Shown one piece after another: positions 15,571 to 28,241 of a stretch of DNA of 64,000 nt. The notes beneath the pieces are model-generated. The model was not told where the DNA came from. It saw nothing but the letters and a program-made list of their open reading frames with translations, and ran no database searches. Numbering within the stretch: the first letter of the stretch is position 1; each line of letters opens with the position of its first letter. The stretch spans positions 37,448,001 to 37,512,000 of the forward strand of contig OZ024755.1 in the NCBI GenBank assembly GCA_964016885.1, written 5' to 3'. Position numbers and translations under genes: made by a program. This DNA comes from Eledone cirrhosa (taxonomy: Eukaryota).

Positions 15571-16167
15571 CATACGTACATATATATATATGTGTGCATG
15601 TATGTATATATATATACATACTACTGTACGTCTGTATACATATACGTATGTACGTATAGATACATACATACTTACATTTAAGTAACAGCCGTACTAAGAG
15701 TGAGAAATTTCATTTCATTTCATTCTTTTCCATTTATCGTTTTCGGTACGCCCGACAGACTAACTCACTCGATATGCAAATTAGGCTGCTCAGCCGTTAA
15801 TATGCATAAGAAAAGTATATACTTTCAGACGTTCAATCATCTAACAGAAAGGTATACGATGCTCACGATAGATAATAAGCTTGAAACTAGTTCATCGTTC
15901 CTTTGTCAGTGTTGAACAAAAGGGCAACGATTGTTGCCAAACACTGTACGGCGTAATCCGGGCTGTTTGTTTACAAACAAACCGAACATTATAATAAATG
16001 TTCGGTAAACCCATACGTACATATATATATATGTGTGCATGTATGTATATATATGCATACTACTGTACGTCTGTATACATATATGTATGTACGTATACAT
16101 ACTTATATTTAAGTATCAGCCGTACTAAGAGTGAGAAATGAAATTTCATTTCATTCTTTTCCATTTT
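15571..16167 (+). mobile_element. ~1.4 tandem units of a ~435-bp hammerhead-containing repeat (retrozyme/pLTR-like)
   Basis: TTTAAGTA(A/T)CAGCCGTACTAAGAGTGAGAAAT at ~15677 and ~16108; inverted homolog at 17302-17940; fragment at ~10945-11001. Confidence 0.75.
15856..15898 (+). ncRNA. Type I hammerhead with G5C core mutation (probably inactive)
   Basis: ACGAUG-CUCACGA-..-GAAA-CUAG-UU-CAUCGU; stem I co-varies with the copy at 17579. Confidence 0.7.
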
Positions 16168-16179
16168 ATATATATATAT

Positions 16180-16374
16180 ATAACGGAGGAAATGTGGTAA
16201 GGAACCAGGTGGACCATAACGCACCAAAGTACTCAATACTTAGGGTAGTTGAGTGGGTAATAGGAGCGAGTAGGACCCCGACGGCTGAACTCAAGCCGTT
16301 TCGACGGCTAATTCTGGACTGAATTAGCCGTCGAAACGGCTTGAGCTCAGCCGTCGGGGTCCTACTCGTTCCTA
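16180..16374 (+). mobile_element. Terminal-palindrome element (copy 3, 114-nt hairpin)
   Basis: 16261-16374 has 54-bp arms (52/54 identical) and a 6-nt loop; same body as copies 1, 2 and 4. Confidence 0.85.
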
Positions 16375-16552
16375 TATATATATATATATATATATAAAAT
16401 TTCAAGTTATCAATAATGTAGTGATAATATATCGTCACGTTAGAGATGAACAGCGTACGTGTAGGTTTGCTCAACGAGTATAAATTATATTCCGGAGAAA
16501 ATGTAGAAAAGATGAATATAAAATGAAAGTGCTTTTATAAAGGAATTATTAG

Positions 16553-16648
16553 GTATTGACATATGTTTCTGTAACAAACGGAATACCTATGTATCACTGC
16601 TTGCGTCGATAGCAAATGTATAATCAGTTGTCATTTCTTCAGTGATAT
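16553..16648 (-). ncRNA. Type I hammerhead-like motif with long stem II
   Basis: CUGAAGA-AAUGACA..UGUUACA-GAAAC-AUAU-GUC; stem I weak. Confidence 0.6.
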
Positions 16649-17084
16649 TGGATAAATTGGAAAGAATCAGAAAAATCAAAGTATTTATAATATTCTCTAC
16701 CATTTAATATAAACTGCTATAGATAAAATGAGATTTCTTAATTCAATTCCCTAATGCATATACCAGCAGGCTACCAGTATTGTTGTTATACAGTAGCAGT
16801 GAAAATCTCTCTCTTCCTTACTTGACACTTTATATCTGTATTAATACTACTACACCAAAGGACCAGCCCTGTCCATTGTTCAATTGGTCGAACATAGATT
16901 AAAATAGGCACTCACAAAAATTCTTATTTAGATAAAATAAGCCATATACTCATTGTATTCTCATTAAAAACCTTCTATATACTTGTTTACCAGCAAATTG
17001 AATTGCCATCTGTCATATACTATTCCTTCTCTCCTTCCTTTCTTACAATTAATATAAATACTTTGATTTTTCTGATTTTTTCCA

Positions 17085-17196
17085 ATATCTCTGAAGAAGT
17101 GACAACTGATTATACATTTGCTATCGAATACTTGCTAACATTACGCAAGCAGCGATACATAGGTATTCCGTCTGTTACAGAAACATATGTCAATAC
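17085..17196 (+). ncRNA. Type I hammerhead-like motif with long stem II
   Basis: CUGAAGA-A-GUGACA..UGUUAC-A-GAAAC-AUAU-GUC; stem I weak. Confidence 0.65.
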
Positions 17197-17241
17197 CTAA
17201 TAAATTCCTTTATAAAAGCACTTTCATTTTATATTCATCTT

Positions 17242-17301
<60 letters not shown>

Positions 17302-17307
<6 letters not shown>

Positions 17308-17940
17308 GGAAAAAATGAAACGAAATTTCATTTCCCACTCTTAGTACAGCTGTTACTTAAATATAACTATGTAAGTATACATAAATATATGTATACAGAC
17401 GTACAGTAGTATGTATATATATATATATACATACATGCACATATATATATATATATATGTACGTATGAATTCACCAAACATTTATTATAATGCTCGGTGT
17501 GTTTGTAAACAGACCTCCCGTATTAAGCCGTAGTGTCTAGCAACCAGCGTTGCTCGTTTGTTCAACACTGACAAAGGAACGCTGTACTAGTTTCAAGCTT
17601 GTTAGCTATCGTCAGCAACGTATACCTTCCTGACAGATGGTTGAACGTCCGAAAGTATATACTTTCCTTATGCATATTAACGGGTGAGTAGCCCAATTTC
17701 CATATCGAGTGGGTTAATCGGCTGGGTGCACCGAAAACGATAAACGGAAAAAATGAAACGAAATTTCATTTCCCACTCTTAGTACGGCTGTTACTTAAAT
17801 ATAAGTATGTATACGTACATACATATATGTATACAGACTTACAGTAGTATGTATATATATATACATACATGCACACATATATATATGTACGTATGGATTC
17901 ACCAAACATTCATTATAATGCTCGGTCCGTTTATCGTTTT
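17302..17940 (-). mobile_element. ~1.4 tandem units of the ~435-bp hammerhead repeat, inverted copy
   Basis: TAAACGGAAAAAATGAAACGAAATTTCATTTCCCACTC at ~17302 and ~17741. Confidence 0.75.
17579..17621 (-). ncRNA. Minimal type I hammerhead ribozyme, intact core
   Basis: ACGUUG-CUGACGA-U-AGCU-AACA-AGCU-U-GAAA-CUAG-UA-CAGCGU. Confidence 0.85.
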
Positions 17941-18022
17941 CGATAGGTATTTCCTAATGTTTGTTGAGTGAGATGGAAGTTGGTCGGAGTATCGCTAAAA
18001 GCTTTCTCTGTTAATGTATTAA

Positions 18023-18079
<57 letters not shown>

Positions 18080-18200
18080 GGAGGTGAGTTTTATTGTAGC
18101 ACAATAAAGCAATGCAAATATCGAATAAGTAGCACTCTACAGTTTGTAGGACTGGAGTATAAATAATATAAGATCAAAAGATGGTTAAAAGAGTTCCAAG

Positions 18201-18271
18201 TATTTTATTATGCGCATTTCAAAAACAAATATTATCATGGGATGATATCTGCGTTTTCATCAGGTAAAATA
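18201..18271 (-). ncRNA. Type I hammerhead ribozyme
   Basis: UAUUUUAC-CUGAUGA-AAACGCAGAUAU..AUAUUUGUUUUU-GAAA-UGCGCA-UA-AUAAAAUA. Confidence 0.8.
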
Positions 18272-19635
18272 GGGATACATGATATGAAGCTTAAAAAACA
18301 CTTGTGGATAGTGAAGTTTTAAATCAACATATGAAAATAATTTAAGATTGATGTATGATATTGGGAAAAGGTTAGGGGGGGTAGGAAAGGGTGGAAAAGA
18401 GGAGGAGATGAGAGTAAAGAATGGGGGGGGGGGAGTATAATAAGGAAGGATGAGATAGGAGGCGAGATGGGTGATAGAGAGAGTGAGATAGCCTTTACAA
18501 CTGAGAAAAAAATATATATATTGTTTCACAGAGAGAGGTTAAAAAGCCGTTGGAAGATAATATTTTAATTTAAAAGAATTTGAAAATAAAAAGTTGATGA
18601 AGAGAAACAAAATTAAGAATAATATTAAATTAAGGTTTGTATATTGAAGGGTTTAATAATATGTGCGATGAAAAGAAATTGTTAATATGTATTATTAAAA
18701 TAAAAATAAAAATACTAATGTTATAAAGGATGTAAAGTGAAAAGAAGTAGAAGAGTGGATGAATTATGAATTTAGAGGAATTAGTTAGTGTTTAAATTTG
18801 TTTTTATTTAATGTAATATGTATGCGTAATATATGTAAATAGTTTGTTTACAAATGAGCGCAGAAAGCAAAGAAGAAAATAGTGTTTAAGGAAGAGAAGA
18901 CTCTAATATCAAAATATATATATTTATGAAGTATTTTCTAATGGTAATAATTTATATATATATGTACTTATATATATATATACTTATATATATATATACT
19001 TATATATATATATACTTATACATATATATATATATGCTTATATATATATATACTTATATATATATATATATGCTTATATATATATATACTTATACATATA
19101 TATATATATGCTTATATATATATATACTTATATATATATATATATATATGCTTATATATATATATACTTATATATATATATATACTTATATATATATACT
19201 TATGTATATATATATATATACTTATATATATATACTTATGTATATATATATATATACTTATATATATATATACTTATATATATATACTTATATATATATA
19301 TACTTATATATATATATATATACTTATATATATATACTTATATATATATATATACTTATATATATATATACTTATATATATTTATATATACTTATATATA
19401 TATATACTTATATATATATATATACTTATATATATATATACTTATATATATATATATACTTATATATATATATATACTTATATATATATATGAAAAGTGT
19501 AAGTTTCTACACAAAACGAAGGTTATAGAGAAAATTGAGGTTGGTAATGGCACATGGAATATATAAGAGACAGAATACTTTTTTGTGAAAAAACATATAA
19601 TTTTATAAGGTAAGGAAAGAATAAAGCGTATAAAA

Positions 19636-19679
19636 AATGATCGGTTTCGATGGGTCTGCAAAAGCCATCTTTTCAAATG
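19636..19679 (-). ncRNA. Hammerhead-like motif with U3-A8 core
   Basis: UUGAAAA-GAUGG..CCAUC-GAAA-CCGA-UC; stem I weak. Confidence 0.5.
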
Positions 19680-20065
19680 TTGATTAATATTAAGAAAAAT
19701 TAATAATAAGAAGAGTTAAAATTTGAGATTTGAAAATTCAAGTATAAAATTCAGTGTGGGATTTCATAGTAGTTTTCATCTTGGTAGCAGCAAGTTGACT
19801 GCTGTGTGTCCCTTTCTGGTAGTGAATGAGGAATTATTTGTGGGGAGTGGGTTTTTTTAAGGTCAGATGTATATATATATATATATATATATACTTATTT
19901 ACTTATATAGATATATACTTATATATATTAGAAAGTGAGGTATTTTTTACAAAATGAAAAATAACCGAGGTGTCCTACACGAGTGAAAGTATAAAGAAAA
20001 AAAGATGAAATCGAAAATGCAACTGGAGTCTTATTTTAAAAAATATATATATATTTATTTGGTTC

Positions 20066-20101
20066 CTTTACCGGTTTCGCAGTTCTTCTGCTTTTCAAAA
20101 G
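20066..20101 (-). ncRNA. Minimal hammerhead with U3-A8 core
   Basis: CUU-UUGAAAA-GCAG-AAGAA-CUGC-GAAA-CCGG-UA-AAG. Confidence 0.6.
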
Positions 20102-21424
20102 TAGAGTTGAGATGGAGGGTCTGTGGTTTTTCTCACATCTATATATATATATACTTATATATATATATACTTATATATATATATATATACTTATATATAC
20201 GTGTATATATATACTTATATATACGTGTATATATATACTTATATATATATATATATATATTAGTATATATATATATTAGTATATATATATATATTAATAT
20301 ATATATTAGTATATATATATATTAGTATATATATTAGTATATATATATATTAGTATATATATATATATTAGTATATATATATATATTAGTATATATATAT
20401 ATATACTTTACCATTAACATTAATGATGTGTTTTAGAGAAAGGTCTCAAATTTCATACAGCTTAATACCCCGGCAGGTGAATGACCGGCCCTGGTTAACG
20501 GAGAAGTATTATATAGATTCTTATATAATAAATTATAACATTGTACTCCACCATTTGTTTACATGGGAGATTAGTATTGTTTTCTGTTATAGGTAGAGTA
20601 CAAGGTACAGTCACCAGGTCTTGAGACTATTATCAGAGAGACATTTATTTATCTTAGATCAACACAAATCTCTAGTCTCCTTCAGTGTACCATCTTCCAA
20701 TTTAAGGGACTTGGAAGGTCCCCTTGTAGGTCTCCAAATTGAAGGTGTCCAGAGAAATTGTCACAGACTCATAGCGGTTATCCCTCAGATTCTCCTTCAG
20801 CTACGAGTGGGAGAAGAAGAAGGAAAAGAAGAAAAGAAAAAAGAAAAAAAAAGAAGAAAAAAGAAAAAGAAAAAAGAAAAAAGAAAAAAGAAGAAAAAAG
20901 AAAAAAAGATAAAAGAAAAACGAAGAAAAAGAAAACGAAAAAAAGCAGAAGATATCGTATTTTTTTAAAGCTGAACGCGTTAATTATTCTACTCATCATT
21001 TTTATTGGAGTTCCATCGGTTGTGACGATGAGTACTGGTTGATTTGATCAACAAAACAGTCAGCATCTGAAATTGATGAGCGAGTGGTTGAGTATTCCAC
21101 AGACACGTGTACACTTAACGTATTCATTAGGGAAATTCAACGTGACACAATAAGTGCCATGACTGTACCAACATGGAATAAACTACCTTGGTCAACGACA
21201 CAACTCACCACATTACGATCATGAGTGGAACACCTTAACCACTAAGCCACGCACCTTCACAGACGACAGTTACACACAGACGACACTTTATTAAAACATG
21301 GTTTAACCCTTTACCACTTACATTACTCTATATATACTGTTGTATTTTTGTGGTAAACACTTTATCTCACATAATTATCTCACATACTATCGAATCTACG
21401 AGATTTTGATAGTATTAATTTTAA

Positions 21425-21676
21425 GTATTTTTTTTATTGTTGTTACTGTTGCTGTTTTTATTGTTATTACTGTTGTTGTTATTGTTGTTGTTGTTTTTTA
21501 TTGCTGTTGTTGATGTTGCTGTTGCTGTTTTTGTTTTTATTGCTGTTGCTGTTTTTGTTTTTATTGCTGTTGCTGTTTTTGATTGTATTACTGTTATTGT
21601 TATTGTTGCTGTTGCTGTTTTTATTGATGTTGCTGTCGTGGTTGTTGTTTTTGTTTTTGTTTTTGTTTTTGTTTTT

Positions 21677-21709
<33 letters not shown>

Positions 21710-21745
21710 ATTGTTGGTGTTTTGTTTTTATTGCTGTTGTTTATC
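21425..21745. repeat. Degenerate (TTG/TTA/TTT) trinucleotide repeat
   Basis: Direct inspection. Confidence 0.9.
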
Positions 21746-22385
21746 ACTTATAATATTATGATACAAATCAATATGTCATTTTATTTCTCTATTTCACTTC
21801 TTTTGCAATTGTTTGTGCAATAAAAGCTACTAATTTCTTCCGAATCTTGCTTTCACTTCAGTAAGAATTAGTAGTTTGTAATCAAATTATTGTAATTACT
21901 TGAATGTGTAAAATACATTGCAAGTTAGAGATATCAACAAACTCATCGAAATATAATCACTTTAATGTTATTTATATATCTTTTATTGCAATATTTATAC
22001 AATATAGCATGGCTGGATCTTACACAAAATATCATAAACGAATTTATTTTAGAAAAGAACTTGAATTATTGTTTTGTATTACATAAATATATTTTTAATA
22101 TATTTTTTTCAATTTAAACTTGTTTTAGAATGTTTACATTATAACCTATAGCCTTTTTATTTTATTTGATATTCATTAATTCATTTTATGAAGTATATAC
22201 TAGCGCCTTTCATTCTAGGAGATGCATCAATGAAGATGGTAACGCCGTAGGACCAGTCGTGATGTTAACGGCAATCCTATGGCAAAAGTATTTATATTTG
22301 TTTGTCTTATTTAGAGAAAGCGGATAAATGACTTTTGTGAAACGGTTTTCAACAACAAATGTTACACTTTATTATTATATACAAA

Positions 22386-22960
22386 GAGCGGTAGATTGGC
22401 AGTATCGGTAGAGAGTCGGACACCATGCTTTGAAGCATAGAGTTACAGCCCTTTATGATCTGAGTTCAAATCCCGCCGAGGTTGACTTTGCCTTTCATCC
22501 TTACGGGGTCGATAAAATAAAGTACCAGTAATGTACTGGGTAATTGCTGACCTTGTGCCTAAAGTAGAAACAATTATTATATACAAAGAGCGGTAGATTG
22601 GCAGTATCGGTAGAGAGTCAGACACCATGCTTTGCAGCATAGAGTTACGTCCCTTTATGATCTGAGTTCAAATCTCGCCGAGGTTAACTTTGCCTTTCAT
22701 CCTTACGAGGTCGATAAAATAAAGTACCAGTAATGTACTGGGTGATTGCTGGTCTTGTGCCAAAAAGTAGAAACAATTATTATATACAAAGTTTAATAAT
22801 ACTAAAACATCTTATCACATTCATATTATCATTCACGAGGTTAGCTTTGCCTTTCATCCTTACGGGCTCGATAACATAATGTACCCGTAATGTACTGGGT
22901 CAATTTAATCAACTTTCCCCTCCCCCCAAAATTGGTGGCCTTGTACCTAGAGTAGAAATC
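22386..22960 (+). mobile_element. Two tandem SINE family A copies plus a partial longer variant
   Basis: Units at ~22386 and ~22588 (period ~202); partial copy 22836-22960. Confidence 0.9.
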
Positions 22961-23056
22961 ATTATTATTCATTCGGTGATGTTTAAATCAATATAATTTA
23001 GATGTGAGAATGATTCTTTTATAATACTTTTACAAAAACATGTATGCATTATTATT

Positions 23057-23146
<90 letters not shown>

Positions 23147-23171
23147 TGTGCGTATGTGTGCGTATGTGTGC

Positions 23172-23208
<37 letters not shown>

Positions 23209-23314
23209 AATGAGGTAGAGCCCGACCTCGAGCTCGGGTGATTTTAAATTGTATTGTACCCGCCGCAAGCTTCTTCGGGGTAGTAATTCTATGTATGTAT
23301 TACATACATACATA

Positions 23315-23845
23315 ATGGTTGCAACTCGATTTCGAGTAATGCCATCACTTGATACTTAAACATGAGCATCACGGACGTGGATTTGTTAGTCCAGCTAGGG
23401 ACATGCCTATGGCCAGCAATACCATGCATCGCAAAAAATGTCACATATCAAACGATGCCTGTGCTTGAAGCTTTTTTAAGTGAGGAAAGGCTTTGCACGG
23501 GGCCAATCCCATTCCCTGAACATCGAATGTATTTACTCAAAAAGAAGAACTGCCCTACACCATTGGATGTAAATGAAGTCGCAGGTTTTATATCAGAGTG
23601 ACCTTCTCTTGGTGAGATGTCTTAATGAAGACTCTCGCTCCACAAAAAAAAAAAGAAAAAAAACATTTATTGGATGGCCGTTGACCCTCCTGAATCCCTT
23701 CGCTCTTGAGAGGTTTTGTTTTCCATCCCGCAGGGTGTCTAAAAGCAAGTTTGGTGGGGTTGCTGGTTTAGTCGCCCTGGTCTCGACCATGCACAGGCTG
23801 TACTGGGTTACATCTTACCAGTAGCGCCGAAGAGCTACCTGACAT
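23315..23845 (-). mobile_element. Diverged RTE-derived non-autonomous element
   Basis: Head GCTACTGG..CCAGTAC..GGTCG..CGACTAAACC and tail ACTCGAAATCGAGT; relatives at ~13000-13330, 49776-50240 (-) and ~52420-52700 (+). Confidence 0.6.
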
Positions 23846-24059
23846 ATATACTTACATACAGACAGACAGACAGACAGACAGAGAGACAGACAGACAGAAG
23901 ACAAAGTGACATAGATACGTATAGAAGGACTATATTGTCACTGATAAAACACAATATCGCAAAGGTATATTTCAAGTCTCTATGCTGCTATTCATACTGT
24001 CAATATACCCCTTGTCCTTTATGCTAAGGATACATGAAAGATATGTAACTGTTTCACAG

Positions 24060-25020
24060 GGGGCTAGAAACACAAACCTAACACACAGCTTCTTTGTAGA
24101 TGATTGAACTTTATGCCAAGAATATAAATGGTACGAAGAAAAACCTTGACCTGATTACGACGTACTCGAAAGATAGAGGAAAGGAGTTTTAGAGGCCTGC
24201 ATTAAATACCCTCTTCGGTCACGAATGACCGTGTGATTTACAGAAAGTTTCCCTCCGAGACAAGTCTGGGCATGGTTGTTTGTGGAATACCAGCAATCAA
24301 CCATGCATACCAGCCTGCCTTGGAAAGATTATTGTTGATACAGCTTGGCGCCAGTGACGTCGCAACTCATTTCTATAGCTGAGTAAACTGGATTAACGTG
24401 AAAAAAGTGTCTTGCTCAAGGACACAACGCATCACCCGGTCCTTGAATCGAACTCACAACCTTTCGATTGCAAACCCAATGCCCTAAGCTATGCGACTTC
24501 ACAGTCATAAATGATTGTAAATCTATCAGTGGCTTGGTTGCCTCAACGGTATCTAGCGAGGGCTGCTACAGGTATTTAGGAGTCGAGAAAAATATATCTT
24601 ATGATGGAATTCGTAATAAGGAACAATTAACCAGTGAATATAACACCGGAATTAGAAACATATGGTCTTCTATGCACACCATGAATCAGTGGTTCCCTAT
24701 ATGTTTGCTGTAACTGTGCTGACACCAACATTTCGACTACTTGACTGAACACTAGATGAGGTCCGATCCATTAATGTTAAAACCCGAATAGTTCAAACTA
24801 GCGCTGGAAATTTCCACATCAACTGACATGGGGAGACAGAGGCCTAACAATCCAAACAACATTTGAGCCTCGCATCTTATCCCTCCAACAATATCTACAA
24901 ACCACCGAACCTAAACGCCCAACTGTTAAACATGTCTGTTTATATGAAGCAGATAACATCTTGAGAGTTGGAACGGAGCTAATTGAGGAATATTCTCTGC
25001 GTGATAACCAAAAGCTCACT
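24060..25020 (+). pseudogene. Highly degraded non-LTR RT fragment (R4/Dong-like?) interrupted by a SINE B copy (~24205-24502, minus)
   Basis: FFVDD..LYAK, YRYLG and GDRGL remnants in expected order. Confidence 0.45.
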
Positions 25021-25066
25021 TAAAGAAATGCGAATATTTAAATATATATATATATATATATGCGTA

Positions 25067-25143
<77 letters not shown>

Positions 25144-25207
25144 TGCATGACAGTTTTGCGAAAAAAAAAACGTATATTCAGTGAGCCGTTTTGTGTTATA
25201 TATATAT

Positions 25208-25521
25208 AACTAGACCTGAAAATTGCGCAAGCTCAAAAGAGCCACAGAATGTTATAATAAACCTTCAAAAGTGTGGGACTAGAGTTGTTGCTCAAAAATA
25301 TTGTAATCATTATCTATCGTACACTCTGTGGCATCCTTTTATAAAAAAGAGACTCATAACGAACTCAAGACGACACGATAATTATTTAAGCTAATGCTCA
25401 ATATATCATATTAGATGTTTAGTAATGATTAATACGAAATGCACTTAAACCGAATTCTATATTATAAATTCACTTAAATAATTGTGGTTCTTTTGAGCTT
25501 GCGCATTTTTCAGGTCTAGTT
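25208..25521. mobile_element. MITE-like element with ~39-bp terminal inverted repeats
   Basis: AACTAGACCTGAAAATTGCGCAAGCTCAAAAGAGCCACA vs TGTGGTTCTTTTGAGCTTGCGCATTTTTCAGGTCTAGTT. Confidence 0.75.
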
Positions 25522-27149
25522 TAATATTTTTTAAGGCAACGCTTGTTGCCTCTAGTTAAACATGATATATATATTAATAATAAATTATCGTTGTAATGTA
25601 ATTAGATTATATAATTGTTATTTTATAAATAATCTTATAAATATTATTGTAAGATGTATAAAAATATTTTCAGACTTTTAATATAAACAACTACAAAAAA
25701 CAATCAATATTAAATAAATAAATTTTACATAATTGTTATAGTTGAATTAATAAAAATTAAATATTACATACAAATAGCCTAACATAATAATAAAAAAAAT
25801 AATCTAACATAATAATAATAAAATAATCTAACATAAAACGAACAATAATATGGACAAATATACAAGAAAATATGATACAACCAATATTATAACGAACTGA
25901 AAAAAAAATAGTTAATATAAATTTAAAAAATCATATATAAATTAACAATATAACTTACTAAAACGAGAAAAATATTTTGATGATAAACGACGAAATACTA
26001 GAAGAAGATTCGAAAGCGAAACGATAAATAAACGTACAAGTAAAATGGCGGATGCTTTTGAACAACAATTACTCTCGTTGGTTGATTAGCCAATAAGACG
26101 ATGAAATTAGCCAATAAGACGATACATTACAAATGTATCACCACGGCCAGCGATACCCCTTGAATTTTTTATTCACAAGCTACGCATGTATGTCACAGAC
26201 ACGCAGACTGAAAACATTCTGTTTAGTCACTGCATGTCTAACAGATATTCCAGTCCATAAGGTGTGACCATGCTGGGGTACTGCCATCCCCGTGGCTTCA
26301 CACATGACAGCAATTTTCTTTCGCAGGCTTTTGTACCACTTTCCTAATATCTAATGCTCTAGCTAGACTGTATATAATCACATAGAGAAAGCAGTCTTTA
26401 TACATGCAATCACACAGATTGTTGCATGAGTGCGTGTGTGTGTATTTCTGTGTTAGAGAGAGAGAGAGTGTGTGTGTGTGTGTACGTGTGTGTATATGTG
26501 CGTGTGACACTATTCATACTTGCGACGTGAGTATCTTAACTAATGTATTTACAATGACACCGCTCCAGGTAAAAGCAATATTGGACAATATTGTAGAATA
26601 GATATAAAGAAAGTGTACATAGATATTTAAGATAGCATCAATATTACTTGTAAACGTGTGATTTAAAGTCTCCTAGGGGCATACACAATTGTGTACTGAC
26701 GGTCGGAGTACATTATAGAGAGTAATGTACATATATAACCCTCCATTAATTTCATTAAGGAATTGCTTGTGTAAATACTGTTATGGTTCTATGTTAGACT
26801 GATATCTTGAGATATGTGGGACATAAAACCGACGGGAAAGGATCTAATATCAACTATGTATGGGAGTGGGAGTGTATGTGCATACATATATATATATGTG
26901 TGTGTGTGTGTGTATGTGTGTGTATGTGCGTGCGTGCGTGCGTGCGTGCGTGTGTGTGTGTGTGTGTGCGTGTGCGTGCATGCTACGTGAAGGCGCGCGG
27001 CTTTGTGGTACGTATGTTCGCATCGCAATCGTAAGGTTGTGAGTTCGAGTTTTTGTTTCCCGCATGGATATGGGAGACGACGCCCCCTATCAAGATAAGT
27101 ACAGACCAACTTGAAAGAGCTGCTGCCATCGAGAGGTGTTACTAGTGAT

Positions 27150-27695
27150 GATGGTGGCGTTGTTGTTGGTGTTGTTGTTGTTGGTGGTGGTGGTGGTTGT
27201 GTTGTTTTGGTGGTTGTTTTGACGGTGGTGTTGTTGGTGGTGGTGGTGATGGTGGTGGTGTTGGTGGTGGTGGTGTTGTTGGTGGTGTTGTTGGTGGTGT
27301 TGTTGTTGTTGGCGGTGCTGTTGTTTTGGTGGTGGTGTTGGTGGTGGTGATGGTGGTGGTGATGGTGGTGGTGTTGTTGGCGGTGATTTTGTTGTTGGTG
27401 GTGGTGTTGGTAGTGGTGTTGTTGTTGGTGGTGTTGGTGGTGGTGTTGTTTGTGGTGGTGGTCTTGGTTGTGTTGGTGGTGGTGGTGGTTTTGTTGTTGG
27501 TGGTGGTGTTGGTGGTGGTGGTGTTGTTGGTGGTGTTGGTGGTGGTGTTGTTGGTGGTGGTGTTGTTGGTGGTGGTGGTTTTGTTGTTGGTGGTGTTGTT
27601 GGTGGTGTTGTTGTTGGTGGTGTTGTCTTTGGATGTGTTGTTGTTGGTGGTGGTGTTTTTGGTGGTGTTGGTGGTGATGTTGTTTGTGGTGGTTT
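27150..27695. repeat. (GGT/TGT)n trinucleotide repeat, Pro/Thr-coding on the minus strand
   Basis: Direct inspection. Confidence 0.85.
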
Positions 27696-28164
27696 TTTTA
27701 AGTGAAAGTTCCTATTCCTGTGCTCTTCTGCAGGTATCCAGAAATTGGTAAGTTTCACTTCAAAATATTTAAGAAGACAGAGAAAAATGTGTTTTTGAAC
27801 GCACATGTGTCACAGCGCCCAGCTCGTTCCATACTCGTGCCGCTAAAAATAGCAGCCGGTTTTATGGGACTAAAAATTAGCTCAACGTATGGAGCCGAGA
27901 ATATTATATATAGAGTTATAAACTCAAATAGTCATTTACAATAAAATAGCTCAAAGAAAGAAATATTTCCGAGCCGTGTAATACAAATGAATATATGAGA
28001 GGGATAAAGACTGATACAAGTATACATGTGTTCGAATTGCAAATGACCAAGTTAGCTAGATTGAAAAATACTAATTAAAATAATATGGTTTGCCTGTCTC
28101 GATTTAAAATAATAAATCAATAAAAACAAACCTATATTGGCAATATCTGGATATCCAATTTCTA

Positions 28165-28241
28165 GATACCCACAGAAGAGCACAGGAATAGTAACTTTCA
28201 CTTAATTGTTGCGAAACAAATTAAAAATTTGTCCGGGTATC
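28165..28241 (+). ncRNA. Type I hammerhead-like motif with CAGAAGA (U4A) core and extended stem III
   Basis: GAUACCCA-CAGAAGA-GCACAG..UUGUUGC-GAA-ACAAAU-UAAAA-AUUUGU-C-CGGGUAUC. Confidence 0.65.

Larger units (their letters stand above)
16504..17246. repeat. Inverted repeat pair (16504-16689 / 17053-17246), each arm carrying a hammerhead core
   Basis: Arms are reverse complements around a ~360-bp spacer; each reads CUGAAGA...GAAACAUAUGUC outward. Confidence 0.85.
16790..27697 (-). pseudogene. Possible decayed GH18 chitinase-like gene with Pro/Thr-rich linker (tentative)
   Basis: Collinear exon-like pieces weakly matching successive GH18 motifs, several with AG acceptors and compatible phases; contains stops and microsatellite insertions. 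By-eye homology only. Confidence 0.35.
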
